A DNA stretch of 64,000 nt, taken from NCBI GenBank assembly GCA_964016885.1, contig OZ024740.1, positions 371,628,001 to 371,692,000 of the forward strand, given 5' to 3'. The DNA comes from Eledone cirrhosa. Its lineage: Eukaryota. The translations under genes and the position numbers were made by a program. Below are positions 14,598 through 26,846 of the stretch, piece by piece (the first letter of the stretch is position 1; every line of letters begins with the position of its first letter). A model generated the notes under the pieces. It ran no database searches, was not told the DNA's origin, and saw nothing but the letters and a program-made list of their open reading frames with translations.

Positions 14598-15037
14598 ATA
14601 CATATATCTATCCTCTATGTCTCATCCTCGAATCATTATTTTTTATTCTCTATCTTTTTATTTTTATACTTTTTATTTTTTATTTTAATCCTCTGATATT
14701 TTTTTGTACGTTTTGCATTTTTATTTCGCCAATTCATGAACTCAATACACTACATTTCGCCTATCATATATCGTATTTCTTTTCATGTTATTGTTATCAT
14801 TACTGTCATCAGTATTTTCCACATCCACTTACTCACCAATATAATTTCCACTACCACCACCACTACTACTATTATCAGTAACCGTATTTTTTACTTATGT
14901 TTTGCTTGTTGATCATTTTTATTTTTTAATACTTTTTTTAATCATTTTTTAATTATCTTTTATTATTGGTGTTATTGTTTTCATTCACTTGATTCTCCGA
15001 TGTATCTATAAATACCAGTGCTATGTGTTACACCCTC

Positions 15038-15152
15038 CAGTATTCCGATGATTTGATCAGAGACGCACACCTTATTAAAGGTCGAGTGACGCAATTTCGA
15101 GTGATCAGCGTCCTTTAGAATCACCTGATCAATGAAACAATTGTTATTACTG
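15038..15152 (+). ncRNA. Degenerate hammerhead ribozyme-like motif
   Basis: CAGTATT-CCGATGA-T-TTGATCAG...CTGATCAA-T-GAAA-CAATTG-TT-ATTACTG; one core substitution (CCGATGA). Confidence 0.55.
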
Positions 15153-15238
15153 TAAAGAAAAGCCTTTTTGTACAGCCGACCATGTTATTCTTCCCTCTTT
15201 AATTATATATATATATAGTAATAATGAATACAAAGACC

Positions 15239-15290
<52 letters not shown>

Positions 15291-15681
15291 TATATATATA
15301 TATAATAATAATGAATACAAAGACCATATATATATATATATATATATAAATTATATATATATATATTGTGATTGCTGTTATTTATTGAAATCTTAATAAT
15401 AAATTATATGCATATTGCTAGTTATTTATAGAAATATTTATTATGTTATATATATTGTGCTTGTTGTTATTTATAGAAGATTTTTCTCATGTAAGAAACA
15501 ATTAGGTGAGAACTCTTTTCGATTATGGTATTGGTGACTTGAATTCTCAAATTGTTTGTTGATGTCGAAACCTCTAAACTGACAGTTATAATACTCCCGG
15601 AAAAAGCAAGAATTATAAAGTTATCCCCTTCCAATTTTCACGGTCTAGTTTGCACACATTTAACCTAAGCTATCAATGTAA

Positions 15682-15985
15682 TCTATATATATAAAAGTGA
15701 GGATGTCTGTCTGTGTGTGTGTGTGAGTTTGAATCCCTAAAACTCAAGAACCACCCAACCGACTGTTTCCAAACTTTACACATATAATACTTATGTTTCA
15801 GGGAGTGTTCTGAGCAAAAAAAAAATGTTCAATGCCATAGGGACCGCATTAGGCGATTTAGCGATCTCTCTATATAATTCTTAGTCTTTCTCTTTTTAGA
15901 TAGATACATATATATAACGTCGCGCCCTTATAATATCTGTCTGTATGTCTGCCTGTCTGCATTACGTCACTTCCCTGAGGATGTC

Positions 15986-16027
<42 letters not shown>

Positions 16028-16461
16028 TGTGAGTTTGAATCCCTAAAACTCGAGAAGTACCCAACCGACTTTTTTCAAACGTTACATGTGTATTGCTTAT
16101 GTTTCAGGGAGTGTTATGCACATACATTTTTTTGAGTCATTACGTCAGACTGATTTCCTTGAAATTGTAACTATGTATTAGTCAGTCTCTTCTTCATACC
16201 GCGAGCAAAGAAAATCCAACTTTTTTATGTAGGGCTTTTTTGAGGCATATTATACACATAAAAAATTCATCTTCTTGATCCCCTAAGTCCCGCATTAGGT
16301 GAAAACCTCCATTTTTACTGCTTCATCGAGGAAAATCTTAAAGATTATCCAGCCATCAGAGTATTCGGTTTATTTTCTTTACATATTGTCCCCGATTAGG
16401 TCTGTTGGCAGCCCGCGTTCCAAAATACCTTATCTCGTGCAACGACGAGTACCACTGCTAG
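15682..16461 (+). mobile_element. Non-autonomous Helitron
   Basis: Starts A|TCTATATATATAAAA and ends with hairpin CTCGT-GCAACG-ACGAG then CTAG|T. No TSD; internal ~140-bp duplication and (GT)n. Confidence 0.78.
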
Positions 16462-16950
16462 TAGTTTCATAATTGGGAATAGCAGTGTAAGACATCCACA
16501 TAATGGTGAATAATTTTATCCGTTGTGAATGCTAATGTGCAATGAATCATGATATAACAATCATCACACAGAGCATGTATGAAATCTTGACCCCGAATAC
16601 AATGTTACGATGATTCGAAAATCTGGTTAAAGGTAGAATATTTTCAATACATTTCAAAATATCTACCCAGCCCCGATGGGGGGCTCTGAAATAGATTTGA
16701 AATCTGCCAAAATTGTCATCATATACAGATATTCTGTTCTATATAGCAACTAGAGAGCTACTGATTTAGAATACATATTTCTAGCTAAGTAGACTGAATT
16801 AAACGGGAGATAAGTCATTATTTGACACGTCGCAGTGAGGAATGACTAAATAAGAAAGCAATATTATTTAGTTATCTATTTGTTCATTTCAATAACTGTA
16901 TGTTCTATATTTTGTGTCTGAGTTGCTTTTTTTTCATCCGCTTTTCACAG

Positions 16951-17043
16951 ATTGTCCTGATTAGTGGTGTCTTCTGGTTTCGAACAAAAGTTTTATATTT
17001 CCAAGATTATATTACTTCAAGCATTTCTCCCAAGTATATTAAG
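16951..17043 (+). other. Candidate 93-bp host exon
   Basis: Polypyrimidine tract + CAG acceptor and AAG|GTAAGT donor. One open frame (IVLISGVFWFRTKVLYFQDYITSSISPKYIK); no homology recognised. Confidence 0.35.
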
Positions 17044-17428
17044 GTAAGTGTCTTTCTTACAACATTGCAAAATATTTTTATTTGATTACAAGCGAATATT
17101 CGGAGATAAAAAATAATACAAGGAAATCTATGATTTTCGAATACGGACTAACTGTATTTTCTGAATGCCAAAGAAAAAATAGAATTGGAAAAATGAAAAA
17201 ATGTATATAAATAAATATAAATATTTTTCATCTGCTACAAAGTTACATTAAAGAATACTGTTATTTTCACTGAAATATAAATAACAATAGTTTTATATTC
17301 ACCGGCGTCGACACATTTTCTTTATTTGATTCGATCAAATTACAAAATAGATTTGTGGAAACAAGTGTCTACACATTGCCTTCTTTCGCTACCCTTCTCC
17401 CTCTCTCTGTTTAGTCATACATACGTAT

Positions 17429-17467
<39 letters not shown>

Positions 17468-17606
17468 AACACATATGTATATGTGTTTGTGTGTGTACGT
17501 ATATATATATACGTGAGCACGCGCGCATATATGTTTGAAAGCGTGTGAACTGTTTCACCATAAGTTCTTTTTGACTATGAAAATAGTCGAAAATGTGACG
17601 AATATA

Positions 17607-17655
<49 letters not shown>

Positions 17656-17764
17656 ATATATATACACAGACACAGACCGACACACAAACACACACACACA
17701 GACACACACATACATACATATATATATATATACATGTATTCGTGAGTGAATAATATTATAATAA

Positions 17765-17952
17765 CTGTCTCTACTTTAGGCACAAGGCCAGCAAATACCC
17801 AGTGCATTACTGGTACTTTATTTTATCGACCCTGTAAGGATGAAAGGCAAAGTCAACCTCGGCGGGATTTGAACTCAGATCGTAAAGGGACGTAACTATG
17901 CTGGAAAGCATGGCCTCCGACCCTCTACTGATACTGCCAATCCACCGCCCTT
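17765..17952 (-). mobile_element. tRNA-derived SINE, same family as 442-627
   Basis: Reverse complement is nearly identical to 442-627. Confidence 0.92.
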
Positions 17953-17975
17953 TTCGCCAATAACATCATAATATT

Positions 17976-18164
17976 AATTGTTTCTACGTTTGGCACAAGG
18001 CCAGTAAATACCCAGTACATTACTGGTACTTTATGTTATCGAACCCGTAAGGATGAAAGGCAAAGTTAACCTCGGCGGGATTTGAACTCAGATCATAAAG
18101 AGACGTGACTCTAAGCTTCAAAGCATGGTGTCCGACTCTCTACCGATACTGCCAATCCACCGTC
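17976..18164 (-). mobile_element. tRNA-derived SINE, more diverged tandem copy
   Basis: Same family and orientation, ~25 bp from the previous copy, flanked by TAATATTA-rich sequence. Confidence 0.88.
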
Positions 18165-18450
18165 TAATATTATTAATATTTGGTTTGTTTACAAGTAAAC
18201 ATGAACACCGCGTGGTAGATGGTAACGTCAGCCTTTTGTTCCAGCAGCAGCCGAGAGACAACAGTCAATCGACAAATGACAATTGTTTCAGAGTGTCTTG
18301 GTCCTTGCCAAGATTGTGTATTCTGTTCGTCGCTACCCGCTGGAACTGCTGAGAATACATAGTATTCTCAAATGTGTACATCGACGGATTAGCGTCATTA
18401 TATATATATATATATATATACACACACGAATACACACCAACACACACACT

Positions 18451-18483
<33 letters not shown>

Positions 18484-18625
18484 TTCATTTAGTCCAGAAT
18501 TAGCCGTCGAAACGGCTTGAGCTCAGCCGTCGGGTCTTACTGGTTCCTATTACCCACTCTACTACCCCAAGTATTGAGTACTTTGGTGCGTTATGGTCCA
18601 CCTGGTTCCTTACCACATTTCCTTC

Positions 18626-18689
<64 letters not shown>

Positions 18690-18787
18690 GCGATGAAATA
18701 CCAATGATGGTTGGCAAATCACTGATGAGGGACTAATTTTATAATATGTAACCCATGTGCAACCACGCAGTTTTCCTCTTTCTTCCC

Positions 18788-18826
<39 letters not shown>

Positions 18827-18828
<2 letters not shown>

Positions 18829-18885
18829 AATAGGATTTCGCTTCGAGCATAATGTATAAAGCTATGCTCGAAGCGAAATCCTATT
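18827..18885. repeat. Perfect hairpin (~25-bp arms)
   Basis: AAATAGGATTTCGCTTCGAGCATA pairs with TATGCTCGAAGCGAAATCCTATTT. Confidence 0.9.
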
Positions 18886-19015
18886 TATTTTTTATTATAA
18901 GTTGAGCCCACTTATGCAGCTACATATGCAAATGAGATTAATCATCTCATTTACACAGACGAGAAATGTATATATTCTCGACTGTCTTCTAGTCCAGCAG
19001 TCGCAAGCGGTGGGA

Positions 19016-19068
19016 GGGACCGTCCTGACGAAGGCCAGTTAAGCCTGAAATGCATAGACGGTTGTCCC
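19016..19068 (+). ncRNA. Minimal type I hammerhead ribozyme (canonical)
   Basis: ACCGTC-CTGACGA-AGGC-cagttaa-GCCT-GAAA-TGCA-TA-GACGGT; stem I can extend with GGGAC/GTCCC; palindromic stem III. Confidence 0.88.
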
Positions 19069-19161
19069 CCTTGCTTCTGCTGGACATCACCAGAGGGCGT
19101 TAGCCCCGGGTGTTTGCATAGCTACGGCTTCCTAAAACCGTATTTCCTTGGAGATACGAAA

Positions 19162-19199
<38 letters not shown>

Positions 19200-19607
19200 T
19201 TCTTTTCTTTCGCACCCTTGGTCAGGCAGGTCGCTTTTTTTCTCTCTCTCGTCTACGATTTCACAGAACTTTCGTTCACCGAATTTACAGACTAGATCCC
19301 TTCTTCCTCCCGTTAGACCTGTACGGAATTCCTTCCTTGCTCACATTCCAACCAGGTTTGATGGTCTTTATTCTCTCTCGTTCACGAATTCACCGAACTT
19401 ATATTCATGGAAATTTGGGACTTGACTCCTTCTTCCTCATTTTTCGTTGCTTCACCATCTTTGTTTGTTTACACTCTCGTGTCTCCTTTATTTACGTGAC
19501 CCAACGACTTCTTTTAGCCGTTGCTCGCACCAACCGGAGGTATATGGTCTTTAAAGCGATGAAATACCAATGATCGTTGGGAGATCACTGATGAAGGACT
19601 AACTTTA

Positions 19608-19646
<39 letters not shown>

Positions 19647-19647
19647 A

Positions 19648-20017
19648 AGTTTAAGTAAAGAATCGCTGCTTTCACCCTTAACGGGATCTTCTGAAACTAA
19701 AAATATCAATCTGTGAACGCAGAAGTAAATATTTCGAAAAACGTTGCAACCGAAGGAAGACAGGAAGACGATACTTTGTTTCGTGGAAACGTTCCTGGCA
19801 AAGAACGAAAAAAAAACGAAAATAATACGTCATAATTAGGAGCGGTGAAAACAATTATACGCAAAGACAAAACCACGTTTATGGTATAAATGAAGTCGTA
19901 GACTAATATTCTATTAGATGGTTCGTGGAGACGTTCTCTGGCAATGAACGGAAAAAACGAAGATAATAGGTGATTATGTGGAGCGTTGAGAACAATTACA
20001 CGCAAAGACAAAACCAC

Positions 20018-20020
<3 letters not shown>
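19648..20020. repeat. Single-arm copy of the repeat forming the 41.6-42.5 kb foldback, with ~125-bp subrepeats
   Basis: AAGTTTAAG(T/C)AAAGAATCGCTGCTTTCAC... matches 41658 onward; flanked by (AT)n on both sides. Confidence 0.8.
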
Positions 20021-20048
<28 letters not shown>

Positions 20049-20139
20049 CCCTCTGTGTAACAGCAGACAACCTTTGCCATTATATAGAAAAGTAAACTGT
20101 ACTACTGGAACTGAGAAGTGTTTTGCTTATTTGCATATA

Positions 20140-20906
20140 TCTATATATATAAAACTGTGGTTGTCTGTCTGTCTATCGATTTTTGGCACACATCTCCTCT
20201 TAGAATCTCTCACGGAATTGCACCGAAATTGCTATACTTGTACATTGAGCCCTAGCGAAGACATCGGAAAAAAAATTTTCAAATTGACCCACCCTATGTG
20301 ACGAAATCGAATATAATGTATCGATTTTTGAGCGTAAGTTATCAGTTATTTCCCTTTGTTCTGTTTACATTGAGCGTCTTACGTAAAAAATTACGCTGGC
20401 TTTCTCAGCGTTTAAAATGACATTAACACAATACGTTCGAACACTAAGCTTCCGTTTCGCTTCATTTCCATTTAAAAGCATTTTAAAACAATATTTTTAC
20501 TTGAAAACAAGTCTATTTAAAGACTACGTAAAACAAGCAAATATTTCAGGCGTGCAGACAGACAGTCGTGCAGAGAGGTGATATAGGCGTGCAGACAGAC
20601 ATAACTGATAATTTGGTTACGCTAATGTTTTTCTCTGCGTTGCAGTGTTTACATTTTCGATCTTTGTTAATAAATAACCAGTGCAGTTTCTATCCCCAGC
20701 ATCCTCTTTTGCTATAACATTCGGGTTATCGTTATGTTTTCTTAACTTCATAAGGCATATTGTTGGTTGAGGGAATATTAATCAAAAACACCATATGCAA
20801 GTCTGCACAGTAGACACTACAGTTTTTAAGCCAAGAAAGAAACTTAACATTGTAACTTTAACACAGCTACTGAGCGACCCCGAGCAACGCCGGGCTTTAC
20901 TGCTAG
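20140..20906 (+). mobile_element. Non-autonomous Helitron
   Basis: A|TCTATATATATAAAA 5' end; 3' hairpin CCCG-AGCAACGC-CGGG then TTTACTGCTAG|T. Termini resemble those of 15682-16461. Confidence 0.78.
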
Positions 20907-21428
20907 TAAACGATAAATGCAGCAGCAAAAAGCTGGTCAATTTGGTTCATATTAACTCATATAGTCAACATCCTTGCTCTATACACAGTAAGGCTTATTA
21001 AACAAAAAGTCATAATATGGCACAACTACAAATTCACGATTTTAACATAACATTTTCATACTTCTCTAGATTTTGAGCCTCAAGCAAACCTTTCCTTTTC
21101 CCCCATTCCACACTCTCTCATATTACGTACACTGAAAACCTCGAATGCGACAACTTACAACCAATATAATCGAGTATTTCCATTGAAAAAAAACGCAATA
21201 AAACCAAACAAAACAAGTATTTCTGTTCAATAGGTAAATGCAAGGTTATGCAAGTAAAGTTTAAGATTCAATTAAATTTCCTATCACACTACGCCGCATC
21301 GTTAGGACATTTTCTTGTATTTCTATGCACTGATTGCACGCATTGTATACATATATATAAATATTTCAAGAGTAAAAACGACAAATACAGAGAAGAAAAA
21401 CCCCTATAAGTTTCACGCTTAGGGGAAA

Positions 21429-21517
<89 letters not shown>

Positions 21518-21522
<5 letters not shown>

Positions 21523-21757
21523 TGAATGTATGTATAGTATATTTGGCAATATACTGTGTTTAATTAAAAACATTTAGAAGACCATTCGCTATGAGTTTCA
21601 AAGTAGTGACTATGTCACTTAATTAATCTCGGCAAAAGTAACAGAGATTAAGTAAGTGACATAGTCACTACTTTAAAACTCATAGCGAATGGTCTTCTAA
21701 ACGTTTTTAATTAAACACAGTATATTGCCAAATATACTATACATACATTCATGTATA
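21518..21757. repeat. Foldback hairpin (~112-bp arms, ~13-nt loop) next to (AT)n
   Basis: 21518-21630 is the reverse complement of 21644-21757 with few mismatches. Confidence 0.9.
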
Positions 21758-21807
21758 CATCGCTATTTCAGAGTACCAATACTAATACCTATTATATATA
21801 TATATAT

Positions 21808-23193
21808 CTATCTATCTAGGGCGGGTAAAATTCCCGAGATCCATGGACGAGTTTTCTCCAGCGGTCTCTGTCCCTCATTATCGCTGCCATGTCCTGCGTC
21901 TCAAACAGACCAGTGTCTGTCCTTAGGACATCAACATACGTTAACCTTGGTCTTCCCCTTCCAGTGTGTCCATGTAGGGGCTCCCACAGGAGCACTGAGT
22001 GCAATGTCAACTCTGGATGTCGGTGAGCATGTCCAGCTAACCTCAGTCTCCTCTGTGTCACTTTTGAGCTGACTTTTGGGAGGCTCCCGTACAGCTCTGA
22101 GTTTTTCATCCTCAGTGTATACTGATTAATGTTCAGAGCCATTCTCAGCATTCTCGTGTAGCACCCATCCACCATCTGAGTGAGTTTCTTGGTCAGTGTC
22201 CAAGTATCAGACCCGTACAGCAGCACAGACTCCACTACAGCAATGAAGAGGCGGATTTTCAGGTCTTTACGAAGGTTCGACTTCCACACCGATCTCAAGC
22301 TGTGGTACGCCGCCCAGGCTTTGCTCTTCCTCTCAACCACATCATCTTCCGTATTCCCAATCTTTGCTCCCAAATACAGGAAGTCCTCAACCAATTCTAG
22401 CGGCTTCCCGCCTACATTAGTGATCCCCTCTGGCTTCTCAACATTCTCTACCAGATATTTTGTTTTAGTCTATCTATAGAGCAATCTATGACTGGGGAGC
22501 TTTCAAGGAATATGAGAAGCTACAGGAGAGGTTCACAGTGGAAGTGAGGAACAGGTTCAGTGCTCTATGGGGAGAGACAGAGGAGAGAGAGACTGGATGG
22601 ACTGAGGAGAGTGTGACGAGGAGGTACGGGCACTTCACCAATGCAGTGGCGGAAGCAAGTGAAACCCTGGTGCCGAGGAAAAAGAACAAAAGGAAGCACG
22701 TCAGTTCTGCAAACCCAAAAGTGTGTGTAGCCAGAGACCACCTGAAAGCTAGCTGCCAAGGACCAATTTTATGCTGATCCTACGGAGGAGAGGATGGAGA
22801 CTGTGGAGATGATGAGGGAAGAAATTCTGTACCGCTTACACTGAGGCCAGAGAGGAGGCGCTGATAGAGAAGATCAGAAGTGTGGAGAGAGCGGTTGACA
22901 GATCTGGATGTAAGGAGAGCTGGATGATCATCAACGAGATCACAGGGAGGAAGAGAACGTGTTCGAGTCAGATCCAGGGAACGGGGCCCGAGGATAGGAA
23001 GAGGAAATAGCTAGACCATTTTACGACCCTACTAGGAGAGCCACCCTCCACAGCCCAGAGCACTGGGGAGATCAGGCGGCTGTTTGAGGAACTGGATATT
23101 GAGACAGAGCCCTTCACCAGAGAGGAGCTTCAGAGAGCCAAGAAGAGGATCAAGGACGGCAAGGCTCATGGAGATGATGGAGTGGCATCAGAG

Positions 23194-23198
<5 letters not shown>
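21808..23198 (-). mobile_element. 5'-truncated, 5'-inverted RTE-clade LINE in an (AT)n tract
   Basis: Minus 21816-22470 encodes the RT end and C-terminus (FLYLG, ESVLLYGSDTW, RLRLAGH, GRGRPR, DRDRWR) with an (ATAG)/(AT) tail. Plus 22478-23198 encodes the upstream linker to the RT start (VRNRFSAL, EPFTREEL, KAHGDDGV). Confidence 0.85.
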
Positions 23199-23240
<42 letters not shown>

Positions 23241-23251
<11 letters not shown>

Positions 23252-24329
23252 CATGAATAATCACAGGAGATAATTTTTACAAGTGTGTAACAACCACACA
23301 TAGCTAGGTAGGTAACTAAATAAAGTTGACCAGAACTTCAAAAATAGATACCTTATAATACGATTAATCTTCCCTTTATATATTCTATTAAAGAAATATA
23401 TTTCACCAATTAATCAGATGGTAAACCACAGAAGTGGATACTTTGATTTTCAACAAGGAAGAAGTTCCAGCAATCCGTGTTTACACTTCAAGTTCAAATC
23501 AGCGACTGGCCAGCACGTGTTGTATTTACTAGAAATACACACATCGTACTAGCTTCGTCCCAGTGGCGTAAATAGGGTTATCGACAACTTTTAGTAAATA
23601 CAACACGTGCTGGTCAGTCGCTGATTTGAACTTGAAGTGTAAACACGGATTGCTGGAACTTCTTCCTTGTTGAAAATCCAAGTATCCACTTCTGTGGTTT
23701 CCCATCTGATTAATTGGTGAAATATATTTCTTTAATGGAATATATATAGGGAAGATTAATCATATTATAAGGTATCCATTTTTGAAGTTCTGGTCAACTT
23801 TATTTAATTACCTACCTAGCTATGTGTGGTTACACACTTGTAAAAATTATCTCCTGTGATTATTCATGTTTATTTATATGTTAATCAATCTCTAGTTATT
23901 ATAAAATGCTCGGACCTACTCGTTAGAATCTTAGAGCTTATTTTGCGGGTGATATGACGCATGTCTTTCTGGCATGACACCCATAATTTTGATTTAGATT
24001 AAATTCATTTGATTTATCTTAATTTTGGATATAGATATATAAATACGGCTCCTTAATTGTAGAGCTAACTCTGTTGAAAGGGCTCGACTGCTGTTTCTAG
24101 TTGTCGATAACCCTATTCACGCCACTGGGACGAAGCTAGTATGATGTGTGTATTTCTAGTAAATACAACACGTGCTGGCCAGTCGCTGATTTGAACTTGA
24201 AGTGTAAACACGGATTGCTGAAACTTCTTCCTGTTGAAAATCCAAGTCTCCACTTCTGTGGTTTCCCATCTGATTAATTGGTGAAATATATTTCTTTAAT
24301 GGAATATATACAAGGAAGATTAATCATAT
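23241..24329. repeat. Inverted + tandem pseudo-LTR-like repeat array
   Basis: 23241-23531 is the reverse complement of 23592-23879. 24158-24329 repeats 23592-23768 directly (period ~566 bp). 23532-23588 is the inverse of 24100-24157. Confidence 0.88.
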
Positions 24330-26520
24330 TACAGGGTTATATCCGGACTCGGCATAGAGGATAGGACGGCCCCATACCAACCAAGGGTGCTGCGGATTAC
24401 CCTTAAGGACCACAAGCCAAACTTTGAGTCCGACCTCCCGGTTAGACTAATATCCTCCTCCAGATCAGACCTAGGGATCGTCAGTAAAAACATACTGGAT
24501 AGGATTTTGCCCAAGCTTCGGAAAAAAACTAGATTACAGCAATGGTCATGCACGGGAGAGGTAATAGTATGGTTTAAGATACTACCTGCGAAAAGTAGGA
24601 CCAGATTTATCCAACTGGATATTGCAGGCTACTACTCCTCAATCTCGCCCATAGTACTCAATAAGGCCCTTATTTTAGCGATGCCCAATACGGACCTAAC
24701 ACGCGAGGAGGTGGGCATCATCCACGCCGCCCGAAAGACCCTGATCAGTTTCGGTGGAGATCTTTGGACCAGAAGTGATACGGCCAAATAACTTTGACAT
24801 CCCGATGGGCTCCAGCGACTCCGCACAAGTAACGGACCTGGTCGGGCTATTCCTGCTGAAGCAGATAAAAAATGAAATCCCCTGCCTGGGCGGCGGACTG
24901 TATCGTGACGATGCACTCTTCACAGTCTATGACAAACCACAGCACCACTATGGTGGAGAGAATGAAGAGGTGCATTCGGCATTTCTTTAAGAACCATGGG
25001 CTCAATATCGAACTAGACCCAAATAAAAAGGTAGTTAACTTCCTAGACACCACCCTAAACCTGAACACCGAGCAATACTACCCCTATCACAAGCCCAACG
25101 AGAAACTGGTATATGTTAACGCCAAGTCAAACCACCCTAGATCCATAATTAAGGCCGTAGTGAAGAGTGTCTCGGACAGGATCTCCAGCCTGTCCGCAAA
25201 TAAGGAGATCTTCGATAGCAACGCGGAATATTACAATGCAGCTCTAAATAAGGCGGCGCATGGCCAAAATATATCATATAATCTAAGGCACCATGACGGG
25301 GATAGCCCAACGGATACCCCGACCCACGGAATCTGGGACGGGGGAGGGAACCCTAACAATACAAGCAGAGTAAAAACAACTAAACACCAGGAACCCGCAC
25401 CACCACATTGGTGAGGGGCACGCGTACACATAACCATGGGAGGAAACCCGGTACGAGTAGCGGTCTCAGGGGTGATATCAAACACCCCGTGCCCGACGCC
25501 CCCAACCGCACGACACGAAGCGGGACCGATGGAAGACCATCCTACCGTAGAACTCCCAGCATGGGTAACAACCACCCCAGAGATACGGGCCGGGAAGTTA
25601 GCAGAACACATAGCGCCCAAAGGGGAAGCAGCAACGCGGGAACCACTAGCAGCCCAACAACTCCCCAACAGCCCACGACACGCTCAACCCACCCACATAG
25701 GAGTAGACACAGCAAAAACACGTGTTACAACCCACAATACTCAGCGGCCCTAAAGAACAGCATGGCCCGCTCATTCTTTAGAGCACTAGATAAATGCTTC
25801 TCGAAGGACCATAGATACCGCAAGTTCTTCAACAGACACACTTTAAAGCTCTCATATTCTACCACGCGAAATGTGGCCCAGCACATAGCTAGCATTAATA
25901 GGGGTAGACTTAAAAACCACACACAACCGGAAGCTGGCAATGTAGGCACCCGGCAGAACCATGTGGAGGGAAAGAAGGGTGGACCCAGTAACCCAAACAG
26001 ACCCAGGGACCCCCCCCACCGGGCCCGGGGGAGGACCACCCTATAATACGCAACGGGAAACCCACATTAGGCACGCGGAGATCGACCACTTCCTGCAACT
26101 GCAGAAACCCACCATTATGCTCCCTTAGTAATGAATGCCTAAGGAAGAACTTAATATACGGATGTAGAGTAAAAACCCCCAACTCTGAACACCTTTACAT
26201 AGGAGTCATATCAACGAGCTTTAAGGACCGATGGTATAACCATCGCCCTTCCTTTAACAGGGAGGACAAAAGGAAAAGTACGGCTCTTTCCGAACTGATC
26301 TGGAAGCTCAAGCTGGACAAGACCCCGTACTCTCTGGCCTGGTCCCAAATCAGGGAAGTACCACCTGATAAAGGGGGATCTGGCATCTGCAAACTATGTC
26401 TGAGCGAGACCCCCGAGATACTCAGCGGTGGAAGCAGCCTGATAAACCTCAGGACTGACTTCTTCGGAACATGTAGACACCTCAGGGCCGGCACCTTCCT
26501 CAAGCTATATGGACAATAAC
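24330..26520 (+). mobile_element. Penelope-like element, RT + C-terminal GIY-YIG endonuclease (frameshifted, 5' truncated)
   Basis: ITLKDHKPNF, FIQLDIAGYYSSI, FDIPMGSSD, GLYRDDAL, VNFLDTTLNL, SNHP; then CNCRK..CSL..CL..LIYGC..YIG..FKDRWYNH..CKLCL..CRH. Confidence 0.9.
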
Positions 26521-26660
26521 AACACACTGGGAGGGGAACTTCCCTCAAGCTATAGGGACTTCCCCGGGACATGTAGACACCTCAGGGCCGGGACCGTCCT
26601 CTAGCTATATGGGCAACAACAACGCATTGGGAAGGGAACTTCTCTCAAGCTATAGGGACA
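26468..26660 (+). repeat. ~100-bp tandem duplication of the PLE ORF 3' end
   Basis: ACATGTAGACACCTCAGGGCCGG...CTCAAGCTATAGGGAC occurs twice. Confidence 0.8.
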
Positions 26661-26815
26661 GTAGCCCCGCCACACCGAGCCCACGGTAAACCACCCCCTA
26701 CACTTTCACCACCCTTACCCCTGCCTCGATCGACGCCTATGGCAGCACAGGCTTATGCATATGTCCATACATAGATCCTGTTATTTAAGATTGTACATGC
26801 ACGGATACTTACATA

Positions 26816-26846
<31 letters not shown>

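Noticed and set aside
18836-18876. Resemblance to loxP (CTTCG..ATAATGTAT..GCTAT..CGAAG)
   Set aside because: Arm sequence and spacer length do not fit loxP and no recombinase is present; likely a coincidental hairpin.
18690-19612. Two ~55-bp copies containing CTGATGA (18722, 19588)
   Set aside because: No downstream stem II/GAAA; both are cut by AT-rich sequence, so a ribozyme cannot be called.
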